Counted from the stretch's first letter, positions 9,576 to 27,483 are shown. The stretch is DNA of 43,515 nucleotides from Polyangiales bacterium (GCA_049691835.1 JBAVOF010000443.1:1-43515); one strand, 5' to 3'. Numbers and translations: made by a program. Notes: generated by a model not told the origin, from the sequence alone.

Positions 9576-10490
9576 GTGATACGGCGCGTCGCGCTTCCCG
9601 GCTTGGTGTTCGTGCTGATGGCGGCGTTTGCGTTGCCCGTCGCGGCCGACGAGCTTTCGGATTTCGAATCAGCCCGACGCAACTACGACAAGCAGAACTA
9701 CGCGAAGGCGGAGAAGGGCTTGGAGTCGTTGGTCGGCGGTGTCGTCCCCCGCGCCACGAATCCCGTCGTCCGCCTCGAGGCCCGGAAATACCTGGGTGCG
9801 ACGTATCTATTTCTTGGGAAAAACGAAGATGCGCGGGAGCAGTTTCGGCGGCTGCTCGAAGAGGACCCCGATTACGACATCGACCCCGTCGCGTTTCCGG
9901 AAGCTGTCGTCCAAACTTTCCAAGAGGTGCAGAAGGAGGCCGCCGCGGAGCGCGCTCGCCGGGACGCTTTGGAGGCCGCGCGCAAGCAACGCGAGCAATC
10001 GGACGAGGTCGAAGAGTTGGTCCGTCAGCAGGCGCGGATCCAAGAGCTCGAAGAGCTCGCGTCGCTCGAAACTGTGGAGAAGGTGAATTCACGTTGGATC
10101 GCGGCGCTTCCCTATGGCATCGGCCAGTTCCAGAACGAGAACCGAAAGCTCGGCATCATGTTCGCCGTCACCGAAAGTGCCTTCATGGCTGCCACCATCG
10201 CGACCTTCATCGCGCACAATTCGCTTCGTGATGAGCACCCGACGCCGGACCAAATCGATCAAGCTCAGCGGGCCGAGCGCTCACTGCGCATCGGAAACTG
10301 GGTGAGCGCCGGTGCGTTCGTGGGCTTTGCGATCGCCGGCGTGATCGAGGCCCAGGTTCGATTCAGGCCCGTGATCCAAAGCACGCGAGAGAGAGAGCTG
10401 CCCAAAGAGGTGAGGACGCGGCAGAGCAACCGACCCCAGCTCCGTTTGCAGCTCGGCCTGACGGGAGGGGAGCTGCAACTGGATTTCTAA
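9576..10490 (+). CDS. Hypothetical membrane protein with a signal peptide, a TPR-like segment, a charged coiled coil and C-terminal TM helices
   Basis: Signal-like N-terminus [16 protein letters not shown] YbgF/TPR-like stretch ([18 protein letters not shown]...[22 protein letters not shown]) precedes an E/R/Q-rich coil and two hydrophobic helices. No family was recognised. Confidence 0.4.
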   Translation: MIRRVALPGLVFVLMAAFALPVAADELSDFESARRNYDKQNYAKAEKGLESLVGGVVPRATNPVVRLEARKYLGATYLFLGKNEDAREQFRRLLEEDPDYDIDPVAFPEAVVQTFQEVQKEAAAERARRDALEAARKQREQSDEVEELVRQQARIQELEELASLETVEKVNSRWIAALPYGIGQFQNENRKLGIMFAVTESAFMAATIATFIAHNSLRDEHPTPDQIDQAQRAERSLRIGNWVSAGAFVGFAIAGVIEAQVRFRPVIQSTRERELPKEVRTRQSNRPQLRLQLGLTGGELQLDF

Positions 10491-10629
10491 TCCTTTTGGC
10501 CGCAGAGGTCGATGGCGACGGGCGGATCATTGGAGCTCCGGGTGCTCGGGATCGTGCCCGGGCTACTATCCTCGAAACCCCGTCATTTCAAACAGTTGGG
10601 GTCTTGTCCTAATTCGCTGCTCACTTCCC

Positions 10630-10657
10630 TTGACAGCGAGGCGTTCGCGCCTATCCT
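10630..10657 (+). promoter_or_regulatory. Candidate sigma70-type promoter of the str operon (TTGACA-16 nt-TATCCT)
   Basis: A perfect -35 hexamer TTGACA lies at 10630-10635, followed by a 16-nt spacer and TATCCT at 10652-10657. This is about 65 nt upstream of the rpsL ATG. Confidence 0.4.
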
Positions 10658-10722
10658 TCGCTCCCTTCGACGCGTGGGGAACTTGCGCGCGCCGGAGAAA
10701 TTGCACGCTTTTTCGGATAGTT

Positions 10723-11121
10723 ATGCCAACGATCAACCAGCTCGTCCGACACGGACGAAAACAGATCAAATCGAAAACGGACTCGCCGGCGCTTCAGCGA
10801 TGCCCGCAGAAGCGAGGTGTGTGCGTCCGCGTGTACACCACGACTCCGAAGAAGCCGAACTCTGCACTTCGCAAAGTTGCCCGCGTGCGCCTCTCCAATG
10901 GCATCGAAGCGACCACCTACATTCCTGGCGAGGGGCACAATCTTCAAGAGCATTCGGTCGTGCTCATTCGTGGTGGCCGTGTGAAGGACCTTCCGGGCGT
11001 TCGCTATCACGTGGTTCGCGGCACGCTCGACGCCACTGGCGCGGCCGGGCCGTCCAACACCAACAAGGCTAGCCGCATCAACAAGCGGTCGAAATACGGC
11101 GTCAAGCGCCCCAAGAATTAG
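10723..11121 (+). CDS. rpsL: 30S ribosomal protein S12
   Basis: MPTINQLVR..., [40 protein letters not shown] and SKYGVKRPK. The upstream part of ORF 10630 was rejected as a non-coding extension. Confidence 0.97.
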   Translation: MPTINQLVRHGRKQIKSKTDSPALQRCPQKRGVCVRVYTTTPKKPNSALRKVARVRLSNGIEATTYIPGEGHNLQEHSVVLIRGGRVKDLPGVRYHVVRGTLDATGAAGPSNTNKASRINKRSKYGVKRPKN

Positions 11122-11134
11122 GCAAGTCCCAGTC

Positions 11135-11605
11135 ATGAGTCGTCGAGTCACCGCACCCAAGAGAGAGATCATTCCGGACGCCAAGTATGGCGACCAGCAT
11201 GTGGCGAAGTTCGTCAATTCACTGATGCTTGCAGGCAAGCGGTCGACCGCCGAGCAGTGCTTGTACGGGGCTTTCGAGATCATCGAAGAGCGCTACAAAG
11301 AAGAGCCTCTCGAGGTTTTCAGGAAGGCGCTCGACGCCGTCAAGCCTCGGGTCGAGGTCAAGAGCCGTCGTGTTGGTGGCGCGACGTACCAAGTGCCCGT
11401 GGAGGTCCGTTCGGAACGGCGCAGCGCGCTTGCAATGCGCTGGTTGGTTCAGTACTCGCGGGCCCGAGGTGAGAAGTCCATGGAGGAGCGTCTCGCCGGC
11501 GAGCTCATCGAAGCCTCGCAGGGCCGCGGAAACGCCGTGAAAAAGCGGGAAGACACTCACAAGATGGCTGACGCGAACAAGGCGTTTGCCCACTATCGCT
11601 GGTAA
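11135..11605 (+). CDS. rpsG: 30S ribosomal protein S7
   Basis: 156 aa with [14 protein letters not shown] and the C-terminus KAFAHYRW. It lies 13 nt after rpsL. Confidence 0.97.
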   Translation: MSRRVTAPKREIIPDAKYGDQHVAKFVNSLMLAGKRSTAEQCLYGAFEIIEERYKEEPLEVFRKALDAVKPRVEVKSRRVGGATYQVPVEVRSERRSALAMRWLVQYSRARGEKSMEERLAGELIEASQGRGNAVKKREDTHKMADANKAFAHYRW

Positions 11606-11838
11606 GAATTTTTTGGCGTCTGGGAAGGTCCACGGAAACCACTCGGACAAGGAGCAGCAGCTGAACTCATGACATCGCGCACATAGAGAGAGTCACCGGG
11701 AAGACCGCGACAAACGTCGCAACCGATGTGCCTCTCGAAACCCTCTCTGAGTTGACGAAGCCCGAGGGCGGCTTCTGGGTCGGAGGGGGTTTTGTATGTG
11801 AAGCGCCGTAGTCTGAAGAGTCGAGCTCATAGAATCCA

Positions 11839-13953
11839 ATGGCCAGGAAATTCTCACTCGAAAAGACCCGCAACATCGGCATCATGGCCCACATTGATGC
11901 GGGCAAAACCACGACAACCGAGCGAATCCTCTACTACACCGGCGTCAACTACAAGATCGGCGAGGTTCACGACGGTGCTGCGACCATGGACTACATGGAG
12001 CAGGAGCAGGAGCGGGGCATCACGATTACGTCGGCTGCAACTACCTGCTTCTGGCGTCCTCAAGCAGGGCCCTTCTCCGACGGTCAGTTTCGGATCAACA
12101 TCATCGACACCCCTGGACACGTGGACTTCACCATCGAAGTGGAGCGCTCGTTGCGTGTGCTCGATGGTGCCGTCGCTGTCTTCGATGCCAAAGAAGGCGT
12201 AGAGCCTCAATCCGAGACGGTGTGGCGCCAGGCCGATCGCTATCACGTCCCACGGATCTGTTTCATCAACAAGATGGACAAGGCGGGTGCCGATTTCCCC
12301 ACCGCATTCCGGTCGATCAAGGAACGGCTCGCCGCGCCTGCCGTGGCAGTGCAGCTCCCACTTGGCCAGGAGGCTGAGCTCGAGGGTGTGATCGACCTGA
12401 TCGCGATGAAGGCCAACCGCTTCAAGGACGACACTCTCGGGGCCGAGTGGACGGTTGAAGAAATTCCCGCGGAATTCAGGGCACAGGCTGACGAAGCGCG
12501 CGCCGTGCTCATCGAGGCGGCGTCAGAAGTCGACGACGCGTTGATGGAGCGCTACCTAGAAGGCGACACCGACTTCTCCGAGGACGAGATCCTCAGAGCG
12601 GTTCGCAAGGGCTGCCTCCAACAGAGCATCGTCCCCGTTCTCACGGGTTCCGCCTTCAAGAACAAAGGCGTGCAGCAGTTGCTGGACGCCGTCGTGAACT
12701 TCCTGCCCTCGCCGCTCGACGTTCCCGCCATCCAGGGCGTGGATCCCGATGACGCCGAGAAGCATTTGGAGCGACACGCCTCGGACGACGAGCCCTTCAG
12801 CGCCCTCGCGTTCAAGATCATCAACGACCCGTTTGTCGGTCAGCTGACGTTCTTCCGGGTCTATTCTGGGATGCTTCAGGCAGGCAGCGCGGTCCTAAAC
12901 TCGACGAAGGGCAAGAGGGAGCGCGTCGGCCGTATCTTGCAGATGCACGCGAACAACCGCGAGGAGCTCAAGGAAATCCACGCTGGCAACATCGCCGCTG
13001 CGGTTGGTCTGAAGACGGCCACCACCGGGGACACGCTCTGTGACGAGAAAGCGCCGATCATCCTCGAGCGGATGGATTTCCCGGAGCCCGTGATTTCGGT
13101 CGCGATCGAACCGAGGACCAAGGCAGACCAGGACAAGCTTGGCGTGGGGCTTTCAAAGCTCGCCGCCGAAGACCCCAGCTTCCGTGCGCACACCGATGAG
13201 GAGTCCGGACAGACCATCATCAGCGGCATGGGCGAGCTCCATCTCGAGATCATCGTCGATCGACTCAAGCGAGAGTTCCAAGTCGATTCCAACGTCGGCG
13301 CACCGCAGGTCGCGTACCGAGAGACGATCACCAAAGAAGTCGAAGCCGAGGGACGCTATATCAAGCAGAGCGGCGGTCGCGGGATGTTTGGTCACGTCTG
13401 GGTGAAGCTCGAGCCCCTCCCGCCCGGTAGCGGCTTCGTCTTCGAGAACAAGATCGTCGGCGGCGTCGTGCCCAAGGAATACATCCCATCGGTGCATAAG
13501 GGCATCAGAGATGCGATGAGCCGTGGCGTAATGGCCGGTTATCCCGTCATCGACCTCAAGGCGTCGTTGATCGACGGCTCGTATCACGATGTCGACTCCA
13601 GCACCGCTGCGTTCGAGGTGGCTGGTTCTCTCGCGTTCCAAGAAGGGGCGAAGCGGGCGGGCATTCAGTTGCTCGAGCCCGCCATGGACGTAGAGGTCCG
13701 CGTGCCCGAGGACTACATGGGTGAAGTGATCGGCGACCTCAACTCGCGCCGTGGCAACATCACCGGAATGGATTCTGTGAGCGGTCTTCAAGTGATTCGT
13801 GCACTTGTCCCGCTTGCGAACATGTTTGGTTACGTGAACGACCTTCGCTCCAAGACCCAGGGGCGAGCGGTCTATACCATGCAGTTCAAAGAGTATCAGG
13901 CGGTGCCACAGGGTGTCGCCGATGAAATCGTCGCCAAGGCGAAGGGCGGATGA
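11839..13953 (+). CDS. fusA: Elongation factor G
   Basis: 704 aa with the G-domain motifs [22 protein letters not shown] and NKMD, and full-length EF-G architecture. Confidence 0.97.
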   Translation: MARKFSLEKTRNIGIMAHIDAGKTTTTERILYYTGVNYKIGEVHDGAATMDYMEQEQERGITITSAATTCFWRPQAGPFSDGQFRINIIDTPGHVDFTIEVERSLRVLDGAVAVFDAKEGVEPQSETVWRQADRYHVPRICFINKMDKAGADFPTAFRSIKERLAAPAVAVQLPLGQEAELEGVIDLIAMKANRFKDDTLGAEWTVEEIPAEFRAQADEARAVLIEAASEVDDALMERYLEGDTDFSEDEILRAVRKGCLQQSIVPVLTGSAFKNKGVQQLLDAVVNFLPSPLDVPAIQGVDPDDAEKHLERHASDDEPFSALAFKIINDPFVGQLTFFRVYSGMLQAGSAVLNSTKGKRERVGRILQMHANNREELKEIHAGNIAAAVGLKTATTGDTLCDEKAPIILERMDFPEPVISVAIEPRTKADQDKLGVGLSKLAAEDPSFRAHTDEESGQTIISGMGELHLEIIVDRLKREFQVDSNVGAPQVAYRETITKEVEAEGRYIKQSGGRGMFGHVWVKLEPLPPGSGFVFENKIVGGVVPKEYIPSVHKGIRDAMSRGVMAGYPVIDLKASLIDGSYHDVDSSTAAFEVAGSLAFQEGAKRAGIQLLEPAMDVEVRVPEDYMGEVIGDLNSRRGNITGMDSVSGLQVIRALVPLANMFGYVNDLRSKTQGRAVYTMQFKEYQAVPQGVADEIVAKAKGG

Positions 13954-13963
13954 GGAGCTAACG

Positions 13964-15154
13964 ATGGCTAAAGAAAAGTTTGTCCGAAACAAGCCACATG
14001 TGAATGTAGGCACGATCGGTCACATCGACCACGGGAAGACGACGCTGACGGCGGCGATCATGAAGGTGATGGCCGACAAGTATGGCGGCGAGGTCAAGAG
14101 CTACAAGGACATCGCCAAGGGCGGGACGGTACGTGACGACACCAAGACGGTGACGATCGCGACGAGCCACGTGGAGTACCAGACGGGTAACCGTCACTAC
14201 GCGCACGTGGATTGCCCCGGGCATGCGGACTACGTCAAGAACATGATCACGGGGGCGGCGCAGATGGATGGCGCGATCCTGGTGGTCAGTGGTGTGGACG
14301 GTCCGATGCCGCAGACCAAGGAGCACGTGCTTCTGGCACGCCAGGTCGGTGTACCGACGATGGTGGTGTTCATGAACAAGTGCGACGCGGTGGACGACCC
14401 GGACCTTCTGGAGCTGGTGGAGATGGAGGTTCGGGAGCTACTGAGCAAGTACGACTACGACGGGGACAACATCCCGGTGGTGCAAGGCTCGGCGCTGGGA
14501 GCATTGAACGGCGAGCCGAAGTGGGTGGAGTCCGTGGTGAAGCTGATGGAAGCGGTGGACACGCACATTCCGGAGCCGCAGCGAGACATCGACAAGCCGT
14601 TTCTGATGGCGGTGGAAGACGTGTTCTCGATCAAGGGACGCGGGACGGTGGTGACGGGTCGGATCGAGCGCGGGATCATCAAGGTCGGAGACGAGGTGGA
14701 CATCCTGGGAGTGCGGGACCCGCAAAAGACGGTGGTGACTGGGGTGGAGATGTTCCGCAAGTTGTTGGACCAGGGTCAGGCCGGGGACAACGTGGGGTGT
14801 CTGCTTCGGGGCATCGACAAGGAGCAGGTGGAGCGGGGGCAGGTTCTGGCCAAGCCCGGCTCGGTGAACACGCACAAGTCGTTCGAGTGCGAGGTGTACA
14901 TCCTGAGCAAGGACGAGGGAGGGCGACACAAACCGTTCTTCTCGAACTACACGCCACAGTTCTACATTCGGACGCTGGATGTGACGGGCAAAATCGAGCT
15001 CCCCGAAGACGTGAAGATGGTGATGCCGGGCGACAACGTGAAGATGAAGGTCAACCTCATCACACCGGCGGCCATGGAAGAGAAGCAGCGTTTCGCGATT
15101 CGCGAAGGCGGCCGAACCATCGGCGCCGGCGTCATCTCCAAGATCATTGAGTGA
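13964..15154 (+). CDS. tuf: Elongation factor Tu
   Basis: [35 protein letters not shown] and NKCD, 396 aa. The true ATG is at 13964, inside ORF 13913..15154. Confidence 0.97.
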   Translation: MAKEKFVRNKPHVNVGTIGHIDHGKTTLTAAIMKVMADKYGGEVKSYKDIAKGGTVRDDTKTVTIATSHVEYQTGNRHYAHVDCPGHADYVKNMITGAAQMDGAILVVSGVDGPMPQTKEHVLLARQVGVPTMVVFMNKCDAVDDPDLLELVEMEVRELLSKYDYDGDNIPVVQGSALGALNGEPKWVESVVKLMEAVDTHIPEPQRDIDKPFLMAVEDVFSIKGRGTVVTGRIERGIIKVGDEVDILGVRDPQKTVVTGVEMFRKLLDQGQAGDNVGCLLRGIDKEQVERGQVLAKPGSVNTHKSFECEVYILSKDEGGRHKPFFSNYTPQFYIRTLDVTGKIELPEDVKMVMPGDNVKMKVNLITPAAMEEKQRFAIREGGRTIGAGVISKIIE

Positions 15155-15308
15155 TACGCGAGTAAAGGTTGCCCTCGCGTGTGAGGAGTGCGGGGCTCGC
15201 AACTACCAGACGACGAAATTGAGAAAGGCCGGCGCACAGCAAAGACTGACCCTCAAGAAATTTTGTCCCAACTGCAACCGGCGCACCGAACACAAAGAAA
15301 CGAAATAA
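15147..15308 (+). CDS. rpmG: 50S ribosomal protein L33, Cys4 zinc-ribbon form; start uncertain
   Basis: Not in the ORF track because it is under 60 aa. The translation ...[48 protein letters not shown] ends at TAA 15306-15308. The only in-frame start-like codon is TTG 15147, which overlaps the tuf end by 8 nt. Confidence 0.8.
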   Translation: MSDTRVKVALACEECGARNYQTTKLRKAGAQQRLTLKKFCPNCNRRTEHKETK

Positions 15309-15425
15309 AAGGCAGAAAACCGAAGGGGACGTTGGTCCAAGGAAGCAACTGGTGGAACTGGACCGGACGGGCCGTTGGCCCGGTTAGTCTGTCCCACCCC
15401 ACCGCCCCCACACTAGCTCCTACCT

Positions 15426-15499
15426 AGGCCAGTAGCTCCAATTGGTAGAGCAGCGGATTCCAAATCCGCGGGTTGTGGGTTCGAATCCCTCCTGGCCTG
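15426..15499 (+). tRNA. trnW: tRNA-Trp (anticodon CCA)
   Basis: A 74-nt cloverleaf folded by hand. The acceptor is AGGCCAG/CTGGCCT, the D arm GCTC-CAATTGGTA-GAGC and the anticodon arm GCGGA-TTCCAAA-TCCGC. The T arm is GTGGG-TTCGAAT-CCCTC with one T:T mismatch. The discriminator is G and no CCA is encoded. Confidence 0.9.
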
Positions 15500-15514
15500 C
15501 CGCGAGGAACAACG

Positions 15515-15940
15515 ATGGCGATCACCAAAGAACAAGACAAAGCGAGACCGACCGGAACCCTCGGCGTTGAGCGTTGGGTGCAATTCGCATACGCGGCTTG
15601 CGCGATCACGCTGGCGTGGTTCCTCATCAAGGCCAGCACTGCGGTCTGGACGCTCCTCGCTGACAGCGTTGATTCGGTTCCGGAGCCGAATGCCACGGCG
15701 ATCGCTGTCGGGGCCGGGTTGGTGGGTCTCATCACCGCGGTCGTGGCCTACCGTTCCAAGCGGATTCATACCTTCGTCGTCGAAGTGTGCGTCGAGCTTT
15801 CGAAGGTGGCCTGGCCAACGCGCAGCGAGACCTGGTCGCAAACGATCATCGTCATCATCGTGTCCATCATTGCAGCGATAATTCTCGGCGTTTACGACGC
15901 GGTGTGGTCCAACATCACTGACCTCATTTACAACGTGTGA
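15515..15940 (+). CDS. secE: Preprotein translocase subunit SecE
   Basis: 141 aa with three hydrophobic helices. The conserved C-terminal segment VELSKVAWPTRSE is present. A GAGGAA Shine-Dalgarno sits 6 nt upstream of ATG 15515, and the gene holds the canonical position before nusG. Confidence 0.85.
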   Translation: MAITKEQDKARPTGTLGVERWVQFAYAACAITLAWFLIKASTAVWTLLADSVDSVPEPNATAIAVGAGLVGLITAVVAYRSKRIHTFVVEVCVELSKVAWPTRSETWSQTIIVIIVSIIAAIILGVYDAVWSNITDLIYNV

Positions 15941-15945
15941 TTCCT

Positions 15946-16470
15946 ATGAAGTGGTATGTCGTTCAGGCCTATTCCGGCTACGAAAACAAAGTGAAGCTCT
16001 CGCTGGAAGAGCGAATCAAACAGGCCGGCATGGAGGGTCGCTTCGGCAACATCCTCATTCCGAAAGAGAATGTGCAAGATAGCCGCGGCGGGAAACGCCG
16101 GCTCAGCTCACGCACGTTCTACCCAGGCTACATTTTCGTCCAGATGGATCTCGACGATCAGACCTGGCACCTCATCAAGGACACTCCGAAGGTCAACGGC
16201 TTCGTAGGTGGCCGCCATCCTTCACCGGTGCCCGAGCGAGAGATCGCCGCGATCGAGCAGCAAGTCGAGGAGGGCGCCGCCAAGCCCAAGCCGCGGGTCC
16301 AGTTCGAGAAGGGCGACCATGTCCGCGTCACCGATGGCGCGTTCGCGAACTTCACCGGTGCCATCGAAGAAGTGAACCACGAAAAGCAGAAGGTTCGCGT
16401 CTTGGTATCGATTTTCGGGCGCTCCACGCCGGTCGAGCTCGACTACGCTCAGGTCGAGAAGAACAACTGA
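15946..16470 (+). CDS. nusG: Transcription termination/antitermination factor NusG
   Basis: The MKWYVVQAYSGYENKV N-terminus is followed by a C-terminal KOW motif (GDHVRVTDGAFANFTGAIEEV). Confidence 0.95.
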   Translation: MKWYVVQAYSGYENKVKLSLEERIKQAGMEGRFGNILIPKENVQDSRGGKRRLSSRTFYPGYIFVQMDLDDQTWHLIKDTPKVNGFVGGRHPSPVPEREIAAIEQQVEEGAAKPKPRVQFEKGDHVRVTDGAFANFTGAIEEVNHEKQKVRVLVSIFGRSTPVELDYAQVEKNN

Positions 16471-16520
16471 GGGCACCCGGGCGGACCATCGGGCGGCTTA
16501 CCTCTTCCGTCTATCGCGGC

Positions 16521-16539
16521 GAAATACTTACAGTATTTC
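16521..16539. repeat. AT-rich 19-nt inverted repeat GAAATACT-TAC-AGTATTTC in the nusG-rplK spacer
   Basis: Perfect 8-bp arms read directly from the sequence. It stands out against the GC-rich background. Its function (operator or RNA hairpin) is unknown. Confidence 0.6.
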
Positions 16540-16689
16540 TAACTCATCCCTGCGGGGGCGCTCCGCAACCGACCTGTCCGGACGCTCTCAGAAACCCTAC
16601 CTCGCTCAACTGATCGAGATTTCACAGAAATCGGGTTGCATTTTTCGTGCCTTGAGGCACAACGCGCCGCTCCGGAGCACCCCTTACCC

Positions 16690-17112
16690 ATGAAAAAGGT
16701 TATCGGACAGATCAAACTTCAGCTCCCCGCAGGGAAGGCCAATCCGTCCCCGCCGGTCGGGCCTGCGCTCGGGCAGCATGGCGTCAACATCATGGCGTTC
16801 TGCAAGGAGTTCAACGCAAAGACGCAGAAGGACGCGGGTTTGATCATTCCCGTGGTGATCTCGGTTTATCAGGATCGTTCTTTCAGCTTCATCATGAAGA
16901 CACCGCCAGCGGCGGTCTTGATCAAGAAGGCTCTCAATTTGGAATCTGGCTCTGCCCGGCCAAACAAGGACAAAGTCGGCAAGATCAGCATGGCGCAGGT
17001 CAAAGAAATCGCTCAGGTCAAGCTTCAGGATACCAACGCCGGTTCGCTCGAGACGTGCATGAACAGCATCATCGGCACTGCGCGTTCCATGGGGGTCGAG
17101 CTAGTCGACTAA
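16690..17112 (+). CDS. rplK: 50S ribosomal protein L11
   Basis: [43 protein letters not shown]. The true ATG is at 16690, inside ORF 16636..17112. Confidence 0.97.
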   Translation: MKKVIGQIKLQLPAGKANPSPPVGPALGQHGVNIMAFCKEFNAKTQKDAGLIIPVVISVYQDRSFSFIMKTPPAAVLIKKALNLESGSARPNKDKVGKISMAQVKEIAQVKLQDTNAGSLETCMNSIIGTARSMGVELVD

Positions 17113-17199
17113 GTGTTTCGAGCAATCGAGATCGCTCCCCTGAACCACCCAGGGCCCCAGTCGGTGGTAGACGGCTTCGAGTCGTCGCAAGGAGTCACG

Positions 17200-17898
17200 A
17201 TGAAACCCGGAAAAAAGCGCGCGGGCGCTCTGCAGAAGCCCGACAAGAGCCGTCGCTATGCGTTGAGCGAAGCGGTCTCGCTCGTGAAGGAGTTGGCGTT
17301 CGCCAACTTCGACGAGTCGGTTGATCTCGCCGTGAGGCTTGGCGTGGATCCGAAGCACGCGGACCAGATGGTTCGCGGCGCGGTGGTGTTGCCGCATGGC
17401 ACCGGCAAGACCAACCGCGTCCTGGTGTTCGCGAAAGGCGAGAAGGTAGCGGAGGCGGAGGCCGCGGGTGCCGATTTCGTCGGCGCCGACGATCTCGTGG
17501 CCAAGATCAACGATGGTTGGCTCGACTTCGACACCGTGATCGCCACGCCGGACATGATGGGTCAAGTAGGCCGTCTCGGCCGGGTTCTCGGTCCGCGTGG
17601 GCTGATGCCGAACCCCAAGGTCGGGACCGTGACATTCGACGTGAACAAAGCGGTTCGCGAGGCAAAGGCCGGTAAGGTCGAGTTCCGGGTCGAAAAGGCG
17701 GGTATCGTGCATGCCCAGGTCGGAAAGCGCTCCTTTGGCGAGACCGAGCTCGTCGGAAACGTGAAGTCGCTGGTCGGCGCGCTCGTGAAGGCCAAACCAC
17801 CGGCCGCAAAAGGTGTCTACCTTCGGAGCATCACGCTGAGCTCCACGATGGGTCCCGGCATCAAGGTCGACCCCGGCACCGTCGAGGTGGAGGCGTAA
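17200..17898 (+). CDS. rplA: 50S ribosomal protein L1
   Basis: [24 protein letters not shown] and LPHGTGK. An AAGGAG Shine-Dalgarno lies upstream of ATG 17200. Confidence 0.97.
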   Translation: MKPGKKRAGALQKPDKSRRYALSEAVSLVKELAFANFDESVDLAVRLGVDPKHADQMVRGAVVLPHGTGKTNRVLVFAKGEKVAEAEAAGADFVGADDLVAKINDGWLDFDTVIATPDMMGQVGRLGRVLGPRGLMPNPKVGTVTFDVNKAVREAKAGKVEFRVEKAGIVHAQVGKRSFGETELVGNVKSLVGALVKAKPPAAKGVYLRSITLSSTMGPGIKVDPGTVEVEA

Positions 17899-17900
17899 TC

Positions 17901-18470
17901 ATGAGCCTTACACGAGAAAACAAGCTCGCCCAAGCCGTCGCCGTTCGCGAGAGCTTCGAAAACGCGACCGCGACGGTGCTCGTCGATTTCCGCGGCGTCA
18001 ACGTGGAGATGATTACGAACCTCCGTACGCGCTTCCGCGAGGCCGGAGTCGAGTACAAGGTCGTCAAGAACAACGTCATTCGAAAAGCGATCGAAGGTTC
18101 TCCTCTCGCCGACAACAAAGCGTTCACCGCAAATCTCGTCGGCCCGACCGCGATCGCTTGGAGCTTCGAAGATCCTTCGTCTGCCGCCAAGGTGATCAAG
18201 AGCTTCCGGAAGGAGTTCGCGGAGGTTCTTCAGCCGAAGGATCAACCAGCAAAGCTGCTAGTCAAGTGCGGCCTACTGGAGGGTCAAGTTCTCGACGCGA
18301 AGCGCGTCGAGCAAGAGCTCGCTACACTTCCCGGCAAGGACGAGGTTCGCGCATCGCTGCTCGCGCAGCTCATGGCGCCGATGCAAAGCCTTGTCGCCCA
18401 GATCAACGCCCCAGCCCAAAACCTCGCTCTCGTTCTCGATGCGTACCGGCGCAAACAGGCGGGCGAGTAG
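17901..18470 (+). CDS. rplJ: 50S ribosomal protein L10
   Basis: 189 aa. The N-terminal region (VDFRGVNVEMITNLRTRFREAGVEYKVVKNN) is typical of L10. The gene starts 2 nt after the rplA stop. Confidence 0.95.
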   Translation: MSLTRENKLAQAVAVRESFENATATVLVDFRGVNVEMITNLRTRFREAGVEYKVVKNNVIRKAIEGSPLADNKAFTANLVGPTAIAWSFEDPSSAAKVIKSFRKEFAEVLQPKDQPAKLLVKCGLLEGQVLDAKRVEQELATLPGKDEVRASLLAQLMAPMQSLVAQINAPAQNLALVLDAYRRKQAGE

Positions 18471-18519
18471 TCAGCAACAATTTAGCCGTGTCGCACGCAC
18501 GGTTATCGGAGAGTGAACG

Positions 18520-18903
18520 ATGGCAAATATGAACGTAGAACAGATGGTCGCAGAGCTCAGCTCCTGGACCGTCATGGAAGTTGCGAGCCTGGTCAAGCAG
18601 CTCGAGGAGACTTGGGGCGTTTCGGCCGCTCCAGCGGCGATCGCCGTGGCGGGCCCTGCAGCCGGTGGCGAAGCAGCCGCGGCGGAAGAGCAGACCGAGT
18701 TCGACGTCGAGCTGACCGAAGCTGGTGGTAAGAAGATCAACGTGATCAAGGCCATCCGTGAGATCACGCAGCTCGGCCTCGCGGACGCCAAGGCGCTTGT
18801 GGAGGCAGCTCCCAAGGTGGTCAAAGAGGCCGTTTCCAAGGACGTGGCCGAAGACATCAAGAAGAAGCTCGAGGAAGCTGGCGCTAAGGTCACCGTAAAA
18901 TAG
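18520..18903 (+). CDS. rplL: 50S ribosomal protein L7/L12
   Basis: 127 aa with an Ala-rich hinge and a C-terminal domain ([24 protein letters not shown]...[11 protein letters not shown]). Confidence 0.97.
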   Translation: MANMNVEQMVAELSSWTVMEVASLVKQLEETWGVSAAPAAIAVAGPAAGGEAAAAEEQTEFDVELTEAGGKKINVIKAIREITQLGLADAKALVEAAPKVVKEAVSKDVAEDIKKKLEEAGAKVTVK

Positions 18904-19119
18904 CCCTATGGGGTTACTTTTCGGAACCCGGTGCCGGGACTTGGCACACGGGCCCGACCGGGTTAACGTCCCGGCCGGGGCAGCACCGGTACGCGCAGCA
19001 CATCATTCACGACTTTCCGAGATGCGTCGGGAGGCCGAACGGTCTCTTTGTCGCGTCGGTGTCTCTTTAATTCATGAGCTCATGGTTCCAATAGCAGTAG
19101 TTCGGCAGGAGTCTCTCTA

Positions 19120-23274
<4,155 letters not shown>

Positions 23275-23277
23275 GCC

Positions 23278-27468
<4,191 letters not shown>

Positions 27469-27483
27469 GCTCTCGCCACATCG

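Noticed and set aside
10512-10722. ORFs 10512..11072 and 10630..11121, which would extend upstream of or across rpsL
   Set aside because: The conserved S12 N-terminus MPTINQLVR begins at ATG 10723. The upstream parts are non-conserved and coincide with the candidate promoter and leader region.
11669-11686. A five-codon mini-ORF (MTSRT*) preceded by AAGGAG in the rpsG-fusA spacer, considered as a possible leader peptide
   Set aside because: The Shine-Dalgarno to ATG spacing is about 14 nt, which is long. The peptide has no regulatory codon pattern and no coupled terminator/antiterminator alternative could be drawn, so it cannot be supported from sequence alone.
18942-18947. A TGGCAC hexamer (sigma54 -24 element) in the rplL-rpoB spacer
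   Set aside because: The position where the -12 TTGC element should lie reads GCCCG, so there is no GC element at the correct spacing.
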